Assembly: GCA_003140895.1 (NCBI GenBank)
Contig: PLLH01000012.1
Coordinates: 3,661-67,660, forward strand
Reading direction: 5' to 3'
Source of the DNA: Elusimicrobiota bacterium
GTDB taxonomy: Bacteria > Elusimicrobiota > Elusimicrobia > F11
Length of the DNA stretch: 64,000 bases
In this document: positions 43,093 to 51,978 of the stretch, one piece after another
How the letters are laid out: every line of letters starts with the position of its first letter
How positions within the stretch are numbered: position 1 is the stretch's first letter
The notes under the pieces: model-generated
Database searches by the model: none
What the model was told of the DNA's origin: nothing
Seen by the model: only the letters and a program-made list of their open reading frames with translations
Made by a program: the position numbers and the translations under genes

Positions 43093-44078
43093 TGCCCGAG
43101 GCCCAATCTTTTTCGGATCTCCCGCAGCCGAGGCGAGGCGAGATCTTTGGCCTTTTGGGCGCCTTGATCCAAAATCCGTTCCACCTGGCCCAAATCGGAT
43201 TCGTAATCGGCAATCTTCTTTTGAAGCGGCGCCAAGGCGGCCACCGCCACTTCCGCCAACTCTTTTTTGAAATCGCCATATCCTTTGCCGGCATATTTCT
43301 TCACAATCGAGTCAACCGGCTCGCCGGAGAGAAGGCTATAAATCTGAAGAAGGTTGGACACCGCCGGTTTCTTCTCCTCGTCATACGAAACCTCAGAGCC
43401 CGAATCGGTCACCGCTTTCTTAAACTTGTTCCGGATTTGATCCGGCGTGTCGGCAAAGGACACGTAGTTGTATTGGCTTGGGGCCGACTTGCTCATTTTG
43501 ACCGTCGGGTCGTCCAACCCCATAATGCGAGCGCCAGCCTTACCGATAAACGCCTCCGGAACTTCGAAGAGGCCGGGATGTTGTTGATTGAGGCGGTTGG
43601 CCAGCATGCGCGTGAGCTCCAAATGCTGGCGCTGGTCGTCACCGACGGGAACGGCATGCGTTCCATACAGAAGAATGTCGGCCGCCATGAGGGCCGGATA
43701 ATTGAATAGGCCGGCGGAGGTTCCGACGCCGCGCGAAGTGGATTTATCTTTAAATTGCGTCATGCGGCTGAGCTCCCCGAAATAGACGAAGCAATTGAGG
43801 ATCCAGGCAAGTTCTGAATGTTCAGGAACGTCGGATTGAACGAAAAGAATGCTCTTAGACGGGTCGATGCCGACGGCCAGCGTGGCCGCGGCGGTGCGGA
43901 GGACGGCGTCATGAAAGGCTTTCGGCTCCTGCGGAACCGTGATGGCGTGCAGATCGACGATACAGTAGACGCAGTCGTGCGTGTCCTGCATGGCCGCCCA
44001 ATTTTTCAACGCGCCCAGGTAATTGCCCAAATGAATGACGCCGGTGGGTTGGATGCCGGAGAAAACACGCTTTTTCAA
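43089..44078 (-). CDS. trpS: tryptophan--tRNA ligase
   Basis: 329 aa. HIGH-type N-terminus (SGIQPTGVIHLGNYLGAL) and KMSKS motif. Confidence 0.95.
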   Translation of the reverse strand: MKKRVFSGIQPTGVIHLGNYLGALKNWAAMQDTHDCVYCIVDLHAITVPQEPKAFHDAVLRTAAATLAVGIDPSKSILFVQSDVPEHSELAWILNCFVYFGELSRMTQFKDKSTSRGVGTSAGLFNYPALMAADILLYGTHAVPVGDDQRQHLELTRMLANRLNQQHPGLFEVPEAFIGKAGARIMGLDDPTVKMSKSAPSQYNYVSFADTPDQIRNKFKKAVTDSGSEVSYDEEKKPAVSNLLQIYSLLSGEPVDSIVKKYAGKGYGDFKKELAEVAVAALAPLQKKIADYESDLGQVERILDQGAQKAKDLASPRLREIRKRLGLGH

Positions 44079-44154
44079 TGAAGACCGCCTTTTTTTCGTC
44101 TTGAGTTATTAATAAGTTAAGATATATTTAATAGAACATTTGAGCAACCACAGA

Positions 44155-44243
44155 GGGGCCCCCGGACGTAAGTCCCGGGGATCTGCTTCGTGGTACTTTT
44201 CCGGGGACATTATCCACGGAAAAGTGGCAGCCCGAAGGGCTGA
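44155..44243. promoter_or_regulatory. cluster of three stable hairpins in the divergent trpS/hpf intergenic region (structured leader or regulatory RNA element)
   Basis: Hairpin 1 GGGCCCCCGGAC-GUAA-GUCCCGGGG (GNRA tetraloop). Hairpin 2 CTTTTCCG-13nt-CGGAAAAG. Hairpin 3 AGCCC-GAA-GGGCT. All read directly from the sequence. Confidence 0.3.
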
Positions 44244-44285
44244 CCTTGACAAGCAGGCAAACGCATCACATCACTGGAGGCACAC

Positions 44286-44639
44286 ATGCACGTTCACATC
44301 AAAGGTCATCAAACCGACGTTCTCCCCCGCTGGGAGAGTCATATTTTTGACCGCCTTTCAAAACTGGAGCGTTTTGAAGAACGAATCGTCAAAATGGAAT
44401 ACACTCTCACCGCCAGTCATCACCATCTGAAAGGAAATGAAACCTGCCACATCAACGTGAAAGTTCCTCGAAAAACAATCGTGATCAAAAAAAGCGCGGA
44501 AACCATGATTGAAGCCATCGATTTGGCGTCGAAAGTCCTGGAGAAACAAATTCACGAGCTTTGGAAAGATATCAAAGACCGGCATCGTCACGCCGGAAAA
44601 CTTCGCGAAGCCAAACGCGGCGGAGAGGATCTCTCTTAG
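44286..44639 (+). CDS. hpf: ribosome hibernation-promoting factor (HPF/RaiA, short form)
   Basis: 117 aa. MHVHIKGHQTDVLP...IVKMEYTL...VKV...TIVIKKSAETMIEAIDLASKVLEKQI is the typical sigma54-modulation-protein/S30EA fold. GGAGG Shine-Dalgarno upstream. Confidence 0.8.
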   Translation: MHVHIKGHQTDVLPRWESHIFDRLSKLERFEERIVKMEYTLTASHHHLKGNETCHINVKVPRKTIVIKKSAETMIEAIDLASKVLEKQIHELWKDIKDRHRHAGKLREAKRGGEDLS

Positions 44640-45391
44640 AATTTTGAAATCCTAAACTTCTTTGGATTGAGCCGCTTGGTAAATTCATCTCTAAACGACT
44701 TGTTTTGAAACAATCCCCCCATGAGCGCCACCTTTGCCGGGCCGGTCCAGCGAAGTTTTTTCCGAAGGGCGTCCAGCAAATCCAACAAATGACCGCGTGA
44801 CATCGTCACGATTTTCCTGAGCGCTTTCTTCTTTCGCGCTCCTCTTAAAACCAAGGTGGAAAGTCCCGCGATCCGCCGAACCGCGTCGGGATGAGTGGCA
44901 AACGAACGAACCCACGTTAAATCATCTGTTTCGGCGTACACGTGCTTCAAATACGCGCGCCCCATCCAAAACGCCGATCCCTCGTCTCCCAATAGAAACC
45001 CCAATCCGCCCTGTCGTTCGGTCCGTCCAGCCGGATTTCTCCCATAGGCAATGGATCCCGTCCCGGCATTGAGAAGTATTCCGGCGCCTCGACCAAAAAT
45101 CCGCCGATGAGCCAATTCCACATCTGACATCACTTCAACTCGAGAAGCCAGGCCTCGCAATTTTTTCTTCCAAGTGGATTTTTCTGGCGCGGTCCAAACG
45201 CCCCGACATCCCATCAATAAAGCGTCCGGCTTGAAGAGAGGCTTTAAAAAGCGCCGAATCTGAGGCACGAGAGAAGAGAGATCGGTTGGGAACGAGGCCC
45301 GTTTTAGAACACGGATTTTGTCGTCGTTTAATTGAAGAGAGGTTTTGCTACCGCCGACATCGACAAACAGGGTGAGTTTATTCTTCGCCAT
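44636..45391 (-). CDS. BadF/BadG/BcrA/BcrD-type ATPase-family sugar kinase (GlcNAc or MurNAc kinase, MurK/NagK-like)
   Basis: 252 aa from MAKNKLTLFVDVGGSKTSL (ASKHA phosphate-1 motif), ...LNAGTGSIAYG..., ...LLGDEGSAFWMG. The ORF-track ORF extends 82 aa further upstream, overlapping nagZ. The internal start is preferred. Confidence 0.65.
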   Translation of the reverse strand: MAKNKLTLFVDVGGSKTSLQLNDDKIRVLKRASFPTDLSSLVPQIRRFLKPLFKPDALLMGCRGVWTAPEKSTWKKKLRGLASRVEVMSDVELAHRRIFGRGAGILLNAGTGSIAYGRNPAGRTERQGGLGFLLGDEGSAFWMGRAYLKHVYAETDDLTWVRSFATHPDAVRRIAGLSTLVLRGARKKKALRKIVTMSRGHLLDLLDALRKKLRWTGPAKVALMGGLFQNKSFRDEFTKRLNPKKFRISKF

Positions 45392-46907
45392 ACAGGCGGG
45401 AGACCACCGCTTCCAGTTGGCACTTGCGGAAACCGAAGGCGGTGATTCCGACGTCTTTGGAACGAAGAAAAGTTTTATCGTAAGGATCTCGCATAAAAAT
45501 AACCACGAGTTTCCGGGCCGCGGACTGAAGCGCAGCCAACAATTTTTGCTCCGCCGGATAAAGATGCGCGTCAAAACAAAAGAACAACGTGACCGTGGAG
45601 CGGTGCGCCAAATTCGTCGCGCACTCAATATCTTCATCGCTCGGCTCGATGCCGTAGACCTCGGTCACGTGATTCCCCGGAAAAGGACCCATCAAATGAT
45701 GAAAGTACGATACCTCGTCTTCAAATTCCCGTTCGATCATAATTTTGGGAGCGAAACTGGAGAGCTGCGGGAAAATAACCCCGACGTCGCGGGCCAGCGC
45801 GTTCGACAACGGCAGCATTTTTTCCGTGTCATGAACTATATGCACCGCCCGTTTGGAAATTGTTTGAGCGAGAGCAGCTCCCTTCGGATCTGGTCCGACG
45901 GTTCCCTCAAAACGCTGCGGGCGCTTCGCTTTGAGTTTTTCAATTCGCTCCACGCTTTCCTCGAGTTCTTTGGCAGGCAATTGTTTGGATTTATACGCCT
46001 CCAAGAGCGCTTGATACACCGCCCGCTGATCGGCGAAAGAATGGCACGACAACACAAGGTCGTGACCGGCGGCCACTGTTTGCACCGCGGCGGTTCCAAT
46101 CGGACAAATTTCTTTAATGGCGCCCATCTCCAAGTCGTCACTCGAGACAACGCCTTTGAAGTTGAGCTCATTTCTCAAACAATCGGTGATGATACGGCGT
46201 GAAAAGGTGGCGATATGCCCCGGCACGTCATCGAGATGAGAATATTTTGGGTGGGATGACATAATGACATCCACCCCCACCTGGATGGCCTTTATAAAGG
46301 GTTGAAGATGAACCGCTTTCATCTCATCCCAGGTAGATGTGATGGTCGGGAGTTTAAGATGGGCGTCCACCGGCGCATGACCTTTTCCCGGAAAATGTTT
46401 GGCCGTGGCCGAAACGCCGCCCGCTTGAAGCGCGGTAATGTACGCCGCTCCCATGTCGCAGACAAGCTTCCAATCTTTGCCAAAGGAGCGGATGCCGATA
46501 TTGGGAGAATAGGCGTCCGTGAGCACGTCGAGAACCGGGGCGAAATTGACGTCCGTTCCCAGCGCGCGAAGTTCTTTCGCCGCGATGGCTCCGGCTTCTT
46601 TGGCAAGAGTCACATCCTGCGTTTGGCCGAGCGCCAGGTTGTCCGGGAAAATGGTCACGCCATCCCGGTACATAATCACCCGCCCGTTTTCATGGTCGAC
46701 GCACACGAGGAGCCGCCGGCCCAGCGCGGATTCAAGATCGGAAATGACTTTCCGTATTTGCTGAGGAGATTCGAAATTAATGCGGTAGAAAATGACGCCG
46801 CCGGCGTGAATGTCTTTGAACTGTTTGACGACCTCCGGAGTGACTTTGGTGCCGGGAAATCCGATGACGAGCTTTGAACCGATCAACTCTTCCAATGATG
46901 TGGACAT
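45378..46907 (-). CDS. nagZ: beta-N-acetylhexosaminidase, GH3 family (NagZ-like) with C-terminal extension
   Basis: 509 aa. GH3 N-domain motifs (VVSDDLEMGAI, KHFPGKGH). Confidence 0.8.
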   Translation of the reverse strand: MSTSLEELIGSKLVIGFPGTKVTPEVVKQFKDIHAGGVIFYRINFESPQQIRKVISDLESALGRRLLVCVDHENGRVIMYRDGVTIFPDNLALGQTQDVTLAKEAGAIAAKELRALGTDVNFAPVLDVLTDAYSPNIGIRSFGKDWKLVCDMGAAYITALQAGGVSATAKHFPGKGHAPVDAHLKLPTITSTWDEMKAVHLQPFIKAIQVGVDVIMSSHPKYSHLDDVPGHIATFSRRIITDCLRNELNFKGVVSSDDLEMGAIKEICPIGTAAVQTVAAGHDLVLSCHSFADQRAVYQALLEAYKSKQLPAKELEESVERIEKLKAKRPQRFEGTVGPDPKGAALAQTISKRAVHIVHDTEKMLPLSNALARDVGVIFPQLSSFAPKIMIEREFEDEVSYFHHLMGPFPGNHVTEVYGIEPSDEDIECATNLAHRSTVTLFFCFDAHLYPAEQKLLAALQSAARKLVVIFMRDPYDKTFLRSKDVGITAFGFRKCQLEAVVSRLYGEE

Positions 46908-46967
46908 GTGCTGAAATCTATCAAAGTCGGAGCCGGTTTTAAAAGTCTTGTGAAGATATTTCTAATT

Positions 46968-47045
46968 CCCCTCCATGTCTCACAATGGAGAGCTTGCCCG
47001 CCACGGCGAGCGAGCCCGCCGTGGCGGGGGCTAGGGGAGGTTTCC
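46968..47045. repeat. GC-rich hairpin repeat element copy 1 (CCCCTCCAyG..ACArTGGAG + 12-bp GC hairpin insert + GGGGCTAGGGGAGGTTTCC)
   Basis: Read directly. A second copy lies at 48091-48132, on the other side of rsgA. Confidence 0.4.
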
Positions 47046-47066
47046 TTATGTTGATATAATCGGGGC

Positions 47067-48080
47067 ATGAGTGAAATCCAGACAGTCAAAGCACGGGTCA
47101 CGGCCGTTTTCAGAGACAAATGCCTTCTTCAATTTTCCGATCAAGAGCGAACAGCGGAGGTGACAGGACGTTTTCGTTTCGAGGCAGAGGAGTGGTCTGA
47201 CTTCCCAGCGGTGGGAGATTGGGTACTGGCCTCCATCGATGGACCCGATGTTGCCCTTATTCATTCCATCTTGCCCCGGACATCGGTCCTCTCACGCAAA
47301 GTGGCGGGATCAACAACAGAGGAACAAATATTAGCGGCCAATGTGGACCTCGCCTTCCTGATCACGGCGTTTGATGGTGATTTTAATCTCCGGCGGCTCG
47401 AACGTTTCCTGGCGTTGATCAAGGAATCGGGTGTCGAGCCCGTCATTTTATTGAACAAGTCGGACTTAGCAAACAGTGCCGACGACCGGTTTGACGAGGC
47501 GTCCCGCATCGCGAATGGCGCTCCGGTTTATCGGGTTTCCACGATCACCGGCGAAGGCTTTGATGCTATTCTGTCCCACTTACAAAATTTGGCAACGGGA
47601 ACCTTCCTTGGAAGCTCGGGAGTGGGAAAATCAACCATCTTAAACCGGCTTCTTGGGAAAGAAGTCCAAGCGACACAACCGATTCGACTCTCCGATTCTC
47701 ACGGGCGTCACACGACCACCTCCCGCCAAATGTTCGCTCTTCCCAGCGGTGGATTTGTGATTGATTCGCCAGGGATTCGAGAAATACAGCTCTGGGCGGA
47801 TTCGTCCGTTCTCCCTCAAGTCTTCACCGATATTGCTCAGCTGGCGGAGCGGTGCCGTTTTCGAGACTGCCGCCATCAGACTGAGGCAGAATGCGCGGTC
47901 ATCCAAGCGCTGGGAACCGGAGAACTCCCCAAAGGCCGATGGGAAGGGTATATTAAGTTGCAGAAAGAACTGGCCTATTTAAAACGGAAACAGAATCCGC
48001 AGGATCGCGCCAATGTAAAGCGGCGGTGGAAAAAAATTCACAGCCAGTCGCGCGACATCATTAAGCGGAAGCGCGGCTGA
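47067..48080 (+). CDS. rsgA: ribosome small-subunit-dependent GTPase A
   Basis: 337 aa. OB-fold N-terminus. Circularly permuted GTPase (GSSGVGKSTILNRLLG). C-terminal zinc knuckle CRFRDCRHQTEAEC. Confidence 0.9.
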   Translation: MSEIQTVKARVTAVFRDKCLLQFSDQERTAEVTGRFRFEAEEWSDFPAVGDWVLASIDGPDVALIHSILPRTSVLSRKVAGSTTEEQILAANVDLAFLITAFDGDFNLRRLERFLALIKESGVEPVILLNKSDLANSADDRFDEASRIANGAPVYRVSTITGEGFDAILSHLQNLATGTFLGSSGVGKSTILNRLLGKEVQATQPIRLSDSHGRHTTTSRQMFALPSGGFVIDSPGIREIQLWADSSVLPQVFTDIAQLAERCRFRDCRHQTEAECAVIQALGTGELPKGRWEGYIKLQKELAYLKRKQNPQDRANVKRRWKKIHSQSRDIIKRKRG

Positions 48081-48090
48081 AAATTCTTTC

Positions 48091-48132
48091 CCCCTCCACG
48101 TTGTACAGTGGAGGGGCTAGGGGAGGTTACCT
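48091..48132. repeat. GC-rich hairpin repeat element copy 2 (CCCCTCCAC-gttgtacag-GTGGAGGGG followed by CTAGGGGAGGTTACC)
   Basis: Perfect 9-bp stem followed by the same 15-19-nt tail as copy 1, immediately after the rsgA stop. May double as a terminator (no U-tract). Confidence 0.4.
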
Positions 48133-48182
48133 TCATCGGGCAGGATCACTCGAATTGCTTTTAAAATTGCCAACGGAGAAAT

Positions 48183-48410
48183 ATGACTTTAATTGAAGTG
48201 GCCCGCATTTATACGGATCTAGTCAATGCTGAAAATCAGATTCCGGAGAGTGAATCTGTGGCGAAAGATGAGGTCAATGCGCTTAGGACAAAGTACCATC
48301 AACTACTAATGGACAAAATGCGGGAAGAGGGCATTCAATTTTCCGACCGGTTTGATGCGATGAACAAAGCTTTCGAACTCGTAAAAAATGAGGATTCGAT
48401 TCGAAGCTAG
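48183..48410 (+). CDS. hypothetical small protein (75 aa)
   Basis: ORF only. Acidic helical protein with no recognisable family. May be non-coding. Confidence 0.3.
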   Translation: MTLIEVARIYTDLVNAENQIPESESVAKDEVNALRTKYHQLLMDKMREEGIQFSDRFDAMNKAFELVKNEDSIRS

Positions 48411-48449
48411 AGTTCATTTCTCGCACATAGATCCAGATTCCTTCGTTTT

Positions 48450-49373
48450 TTGGTATGTTCACTCACTGAAATGAGCTCAATTCGCTACGACAAATTACCG
48501 ACCGAACAAAACAATCCAGCGACGCGCCGTATTGATCAACTGTCCACCCTCCGCGCCCTCCGCCTTATTAATAAAGAAGACGCTAAAGTAGCGAAGGCTG
48601 TTTCGTCTCAAATTCGCCCCATGGGAAAAGCGGTTCGGATGATTGTGGCTTCCCTTCGAAACGGCGGCCATCTCTTTTTCATCGGCGCCGGCACCAGCGG
48701 TCGCCTCGGCGTCCTGGAAGCCGCGGAATGCCCCCCCACTTTCAACACGCCACCCTCTCTCATTCGAGCGTTTATGGCCGGCGGAAAACCTTCGGTTTTC
48801 AAATCCAAAGAAGGAGCCGAAGATAGAGGTATGGATTCGGCCCGGCTCATTCGGAAAAACGTGAAACGAAATGACGTGGTCATCGGAATTGCCGCGAGCG
48901 GCGTCACGTCCTTCGTGAAAGAAGGACTTCGAGTCGCAAAGAAAAGAGGTGCCAAAACAATTTTGGTGACGTGCAACCCGCGTCAAACGTCACATCTCGC
49001 AGACGTGGTAATCGCCCCGCGTGTTGGGCCGGAAGTGATCGCGGGTTCAACCCGTCTTAAAGCCGCCACCGCGACCAAGCTGGTGCTCAACTCTCTCACC
49101 GTCACGTCGATGATTCAACTGGGGAAAGTCTATGGAAACCGGATGGTGGACCTTCAACCCAAATCCAACAAATTAAAAGCGCGCGCACTTCGCCTGATCC
49201 AATTGTTGGCGAAAGTCTCTCCCAAGAAAGCCGAAACTCTCTATATCCAATCCGGGAAAAACGCGAAAACAGCCATTCTCATGGGGAAAAAGAACCTCAA
49301 GCAGTCCGACGCCGTCCGGCTTCTCAAGAAAACAGCGGGCCATCTTCACGCCGCTCTCACGCTAAAACGATGA
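48450..49373 (+). CDS. murQ: N-acetylmuramic acid 6-phosphate etherase (SIS domain)
   Basis: N-terminus LPTEQNNPATRRIDQLSTLRALRLINKEDAKVAKAV and SIS motif FFIGAGTSGRLGVLEAAECPPTF. An alternative start at 48471 is possible. Confidence 0.85.
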   Translation: MVCSLTEMSSIRYDKLPTEQNNPATRRIDQLSTLRALRLINKEDAKVAKAVSSQIRPMGKAVRMIVASLRNGGHLFFIGAGTSGRLGVLEAAECPPTFNTPPSLIRAFMAGGKPSVFKSKEGAEDRGMDSARLIRKNVKRNDVVIGIAASGVTSFVKEGLRVAKKRGAKTILVTCNPRQTSHLADVVIAPRVGPEVIAGSTRLKAATATKLVLNSLTVTSMIQLGKVYGNRMVDLQPKSNKLKARALRLIQLLAKVSPKKAETLYIQSGKNAKTAILMGKKNLKQSDAVRLLKKTAGHLHAALTLKR

Positions 49374-50476
49374 CAACACTCGCCCTGGGCCTTATGTCGG
49401 GCACATCGGCGGATGGCGTCTCAGCGGCGCTCGGCGCATTTGGCGCGCACTCCTTCAAATTGATCGGACATCTCACAGATCCATACCCTCCTCAAATCCG
49501 CGAACGGATTCGACGAGCCAACACGCTTTCGGCCGCAGAACTGTCATCTCTGAACGTTGAAATAGGCGAAGCTTTCGCAAAAGCAGCCATACACCTTTTC
49601 AAGAAGACAAAGATTAAGGCCACGAAGGTGGCCTGTGTGGGGTCGCATGGACAGACGATTTATCATGGGCCGAGAGACAAACATCCCAACACACTTCAAA
49701 TCGGAGAGCCGGCCGTGATCGCCGAAAAAACAGGAATCCCCGTGATTTCCCATTTCCGTCAGAAGGATATTGCTGCTGGAGGCGAAGGGGCGCCGCTCAT
49801 TCCGTTTTTTGATCACTTCTTTTTTGGAAACGGTTCCGTCCGGGCGTTTCAAAATATTGGCGGAATTTCAAACGTGACGGTCGTCGGGAAAGGGATTAAA
49901 TCCCCCATCGCTTTTGACAACGGCCCGGGAAATGGCCTGATGGATGCGGCTGTCCGCCTTATCACGAGAAGGAAAGAGAGTCTTGACGCGCAGGGAAAAC
50001 GGGCCGAACGAGGAAGCATCGACCTCGTGATCCTTCACGCCATGATGAAAACGCCCTACTTTAAAAAAGCGCCGCCCAAATCAACGGGACTCGAACTCTT
50101 CGGCGAAAACTTCGTCAAACAATATTTCGGACGAAGGCTAGTTTCACATCCCAATGACGTTTTGGCCACGCTCAACTTTTTCACGGCGCTCACGATTCAG
50201 GAAAGTTATAAATCCTTTGTTTTCCCCAAACACCACGTGTCGGAGATCGTTGTCTCGGGAGGAGGCATCCACAATACGATGTTGATGAAAAACCTCGCCT
50301 CCCTTTTCGCGCCAATTCCGGTGAAGCGTATTGACGCGTTTGGAATCCCCTCTCAAGCGAAAGAACCGCTGACCTTCGCTTTCTTCGGGCTTCGCGCTTT
50401 TCAAAACAAAATCAACCACATCCCCGCCTGCACGGGCGCCAAACGGGCGTGTGTTCTAGGGAGCCTGACACGATGA
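49370..50476 (+). CDS. anmK: anhydro-N-acetylmuramic acid kinase
   Basis: MTTLALGLMSGTSADGVSAAL N-terminus typical of AnmK. ATGA overlap with murQ stop. Confidence 0.85.
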   Translation: MTTLALGLMSGTSADGVSAALGAFGAHSFKLIGHLTDPYPPQIRERIRRANTLSAAELSSLNVEIGEAFAKAAIHLFKKTKIKATKVACVGSHGQTIYHGPRDKHPNTLQIGEPAVIAEKTGIPVISHFRQKDIAAGGEGAPLIPFFDHFFFGNGSVRAFQNIGGISNVTVVGKGIKSPIAFDNGPGNGLMDAAVRLITRRKESLDAQGKRAERGSIDLVILHAMMKTPYFKKAPPKSTGLELFGENFVKQYFGRRLVSHPNDVLATLNFFTALTIQESYKSFVFPKHHVSEIVVSGGGIHNTMLMKNLASLFAPIPVKRIDAFGIPSQAKEPLTFAFFGLRAFQNKINHIPACTGAKRACVLGSLTR

Positions 50477-51978
50477 TCGAAAAATGGTTTTTAGGATTTT
50501 CCAATCTCACGATGGTGGATTATTCCGTCTTGTTTGCTTCCCTCGCCATCATGATCCTGATCGGGTTCTACGCCGGACGAAAAGAAGATTCCACCCACGA
50601 TTTTTTTCTTGGGGGCCGCGGAATTCCCAGATGGGCGGCCACGCTTTCTTTTGTGGCCACCGAAATAAGCGCGGTGACCATCATCGCCGTTCCGGCCACC
50701 GCTTACAAAGAGAACTGGGCGTATCTGCAACTCTTCATCGGCTCCTTCGCTTCCCGTTTTGTTCTGGCCGCGATTTTTATCCCCGCGTTCTACCAATACA
50801 ACTGCACCACCATTTATGAATATCTGAAACACCGCTTTGGCGCAGCCACCCAATACACCGCCACCTGTTTTTTCTTCGTGACGCGGCTCTTGGGTTCCGG
50901 CGTGCGGCTCACCGTGGCCTCCCTGGCCGTTTCCCTGCTTCTCGGCTGGGATTTAAGACCCACCATCTTTCTTTTTGTCCTGATCGGCATCCTCTATATC
51001 GGCTACGGCGGCATTAAGGCCATCGTCTGGACCAACGTTTGGCAAACCACCACCTTCCTCATCGGCGGGATCGGCACCATTTGGTTTCTCTCAACCGTCG
51101 TGGACGGCGGCTTGATCGGCATTTTCAAAACGGCGGCTCATGCCGGGAAACTCACGGTGTTCGACTGGGGCCCGTCCATCCGAGAACCCGGGTTTTGGAC
51201 CGCGATCCGGACCAATCCCAACATCTGGTGGCTGGCGATCCTGAATGGCTTTTTCGGTTCCATGGCCGCCTACGGCACGGATCATGAACTCATGCAGCGG
51301 CTTCTCACCGTCGAAACACGAAAGAAAAGCCAACAAGCCACCTTGGCCACACCTCTAGCGGGGTTTGGCGTGATGATTTTGTTCCTTATTATTGGTGCGG
51401 GGCTCTACGCCTTTTACAGCCAGCATCCATCCATTCCCCTCCCGCAAAAATTGGATGACATCTACCCGTTTTTCGCCAACACGCAGATGCCAGGTCTCTT
51501 ACGTGGCATCATTCTTTCCATGGTGATCATGGCGAGCATCGATTCCCCGCTCGGATCTCTCACCGCTTCCTTCGTCACGGATATCTATAAACCGCTCATT
51601 CAAAAAAACCGCGACGAGCGGCATTACCTGCGCGTGTCTCGAATGATGGTCGTGGTCTTCGGCGTGATTCTGGGCCTCCTGGCGTACATGTTCAGTTATT
51701 TGGAAGGTTTTCTCTGGTGGGCGTTTAAAATCGGCGGCGTCACCTTCGGCTCGCTCCTCGGCGTGTTCCTCCTCGGCTTCTTGACCAAAAAACACAGCAA
51801 CATCGTCAATATTTTCTCCATGATTTTTTGGGCCGTTGTCAACGCCGTCCTCCTTATTCTCACGGAGAAAAAAATCTTCGTGGTCGGCTGGACCTGGCTC
51901 ATTCTCCTCGGCACCTTCGGAACCTTTATGACGGGCTATCTCCTGGGGCCGCTCTTGGAGAAACCAAAAAAAGAATGA
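50473..51978 (+). CDS. sodium:solute symporter family (SSS) transporter, probably for MurNAc/GlcNAc-type peptidoglycan fragments
   Basis: ~13 predicted TM helices and SSS-family sequence character. Embedded between anmK and namZ with ATGA overlaps on both sides. Substrate is inferred from context only. Confidence 0.75.
   Translation: MIEKWFLGFSNLTMVDYSVLFASLAIMILIGFYAGRKEDSTHDFFLGGRGIPRWAATLSFVATEISAVTIIAVPATAYKENWAYLQLFIGSFASRFVLAAIFIPAFYQYNCTTIYEYLKHRFGAATQYTATCFFFVTRLLGSGVRLTVASLAVSLLLGWDLRPTIFLFVLIGILYIGYGGIKAIVWTNVWQTTTFLIGGIGTIWFLSTVVDGGLIGIFKTAAHAGKLTVFDWGPSIREPGFWTAIRTNPNIWWLAILNGFFGSMAAYGTDHELMQRLLTVETRKKSQQATLATPLAGFGVMILFLIIGAGLYAFYSQHPSIPLPQKLDDIYPFFANTQMPGLLRGIILSMVIMASIDSPLGSLTASFVTDIYKPLIQKNRDERHYLRVSRMMVVVFGVILGLLAYMFSYLEGFLWWAFKIGGVTFGSLLGVFLLGFLTKKHSNIVNIFSMIFWAVVNAVLLILTEKKIFVVGWTWLILLGTFGTFMTGYLLGPLLEKPKKE

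Noticed and set aside
43059-43709. 216-aa plus-strand ORF
   Set aside because: Antisense to trpS.
44079-44150. T-box leader upstream of trpS
   Set aside because: trpS is T-box-regulated in Firmicutes, but neither strand shows the conserved T-box sequence (AGGGUGGNACCGCG) or a specifier-loop architecture.
45345-46202. 285-aa plus-strand ORF
   Set aside because: Antisense to nagZ and the kinase gene.
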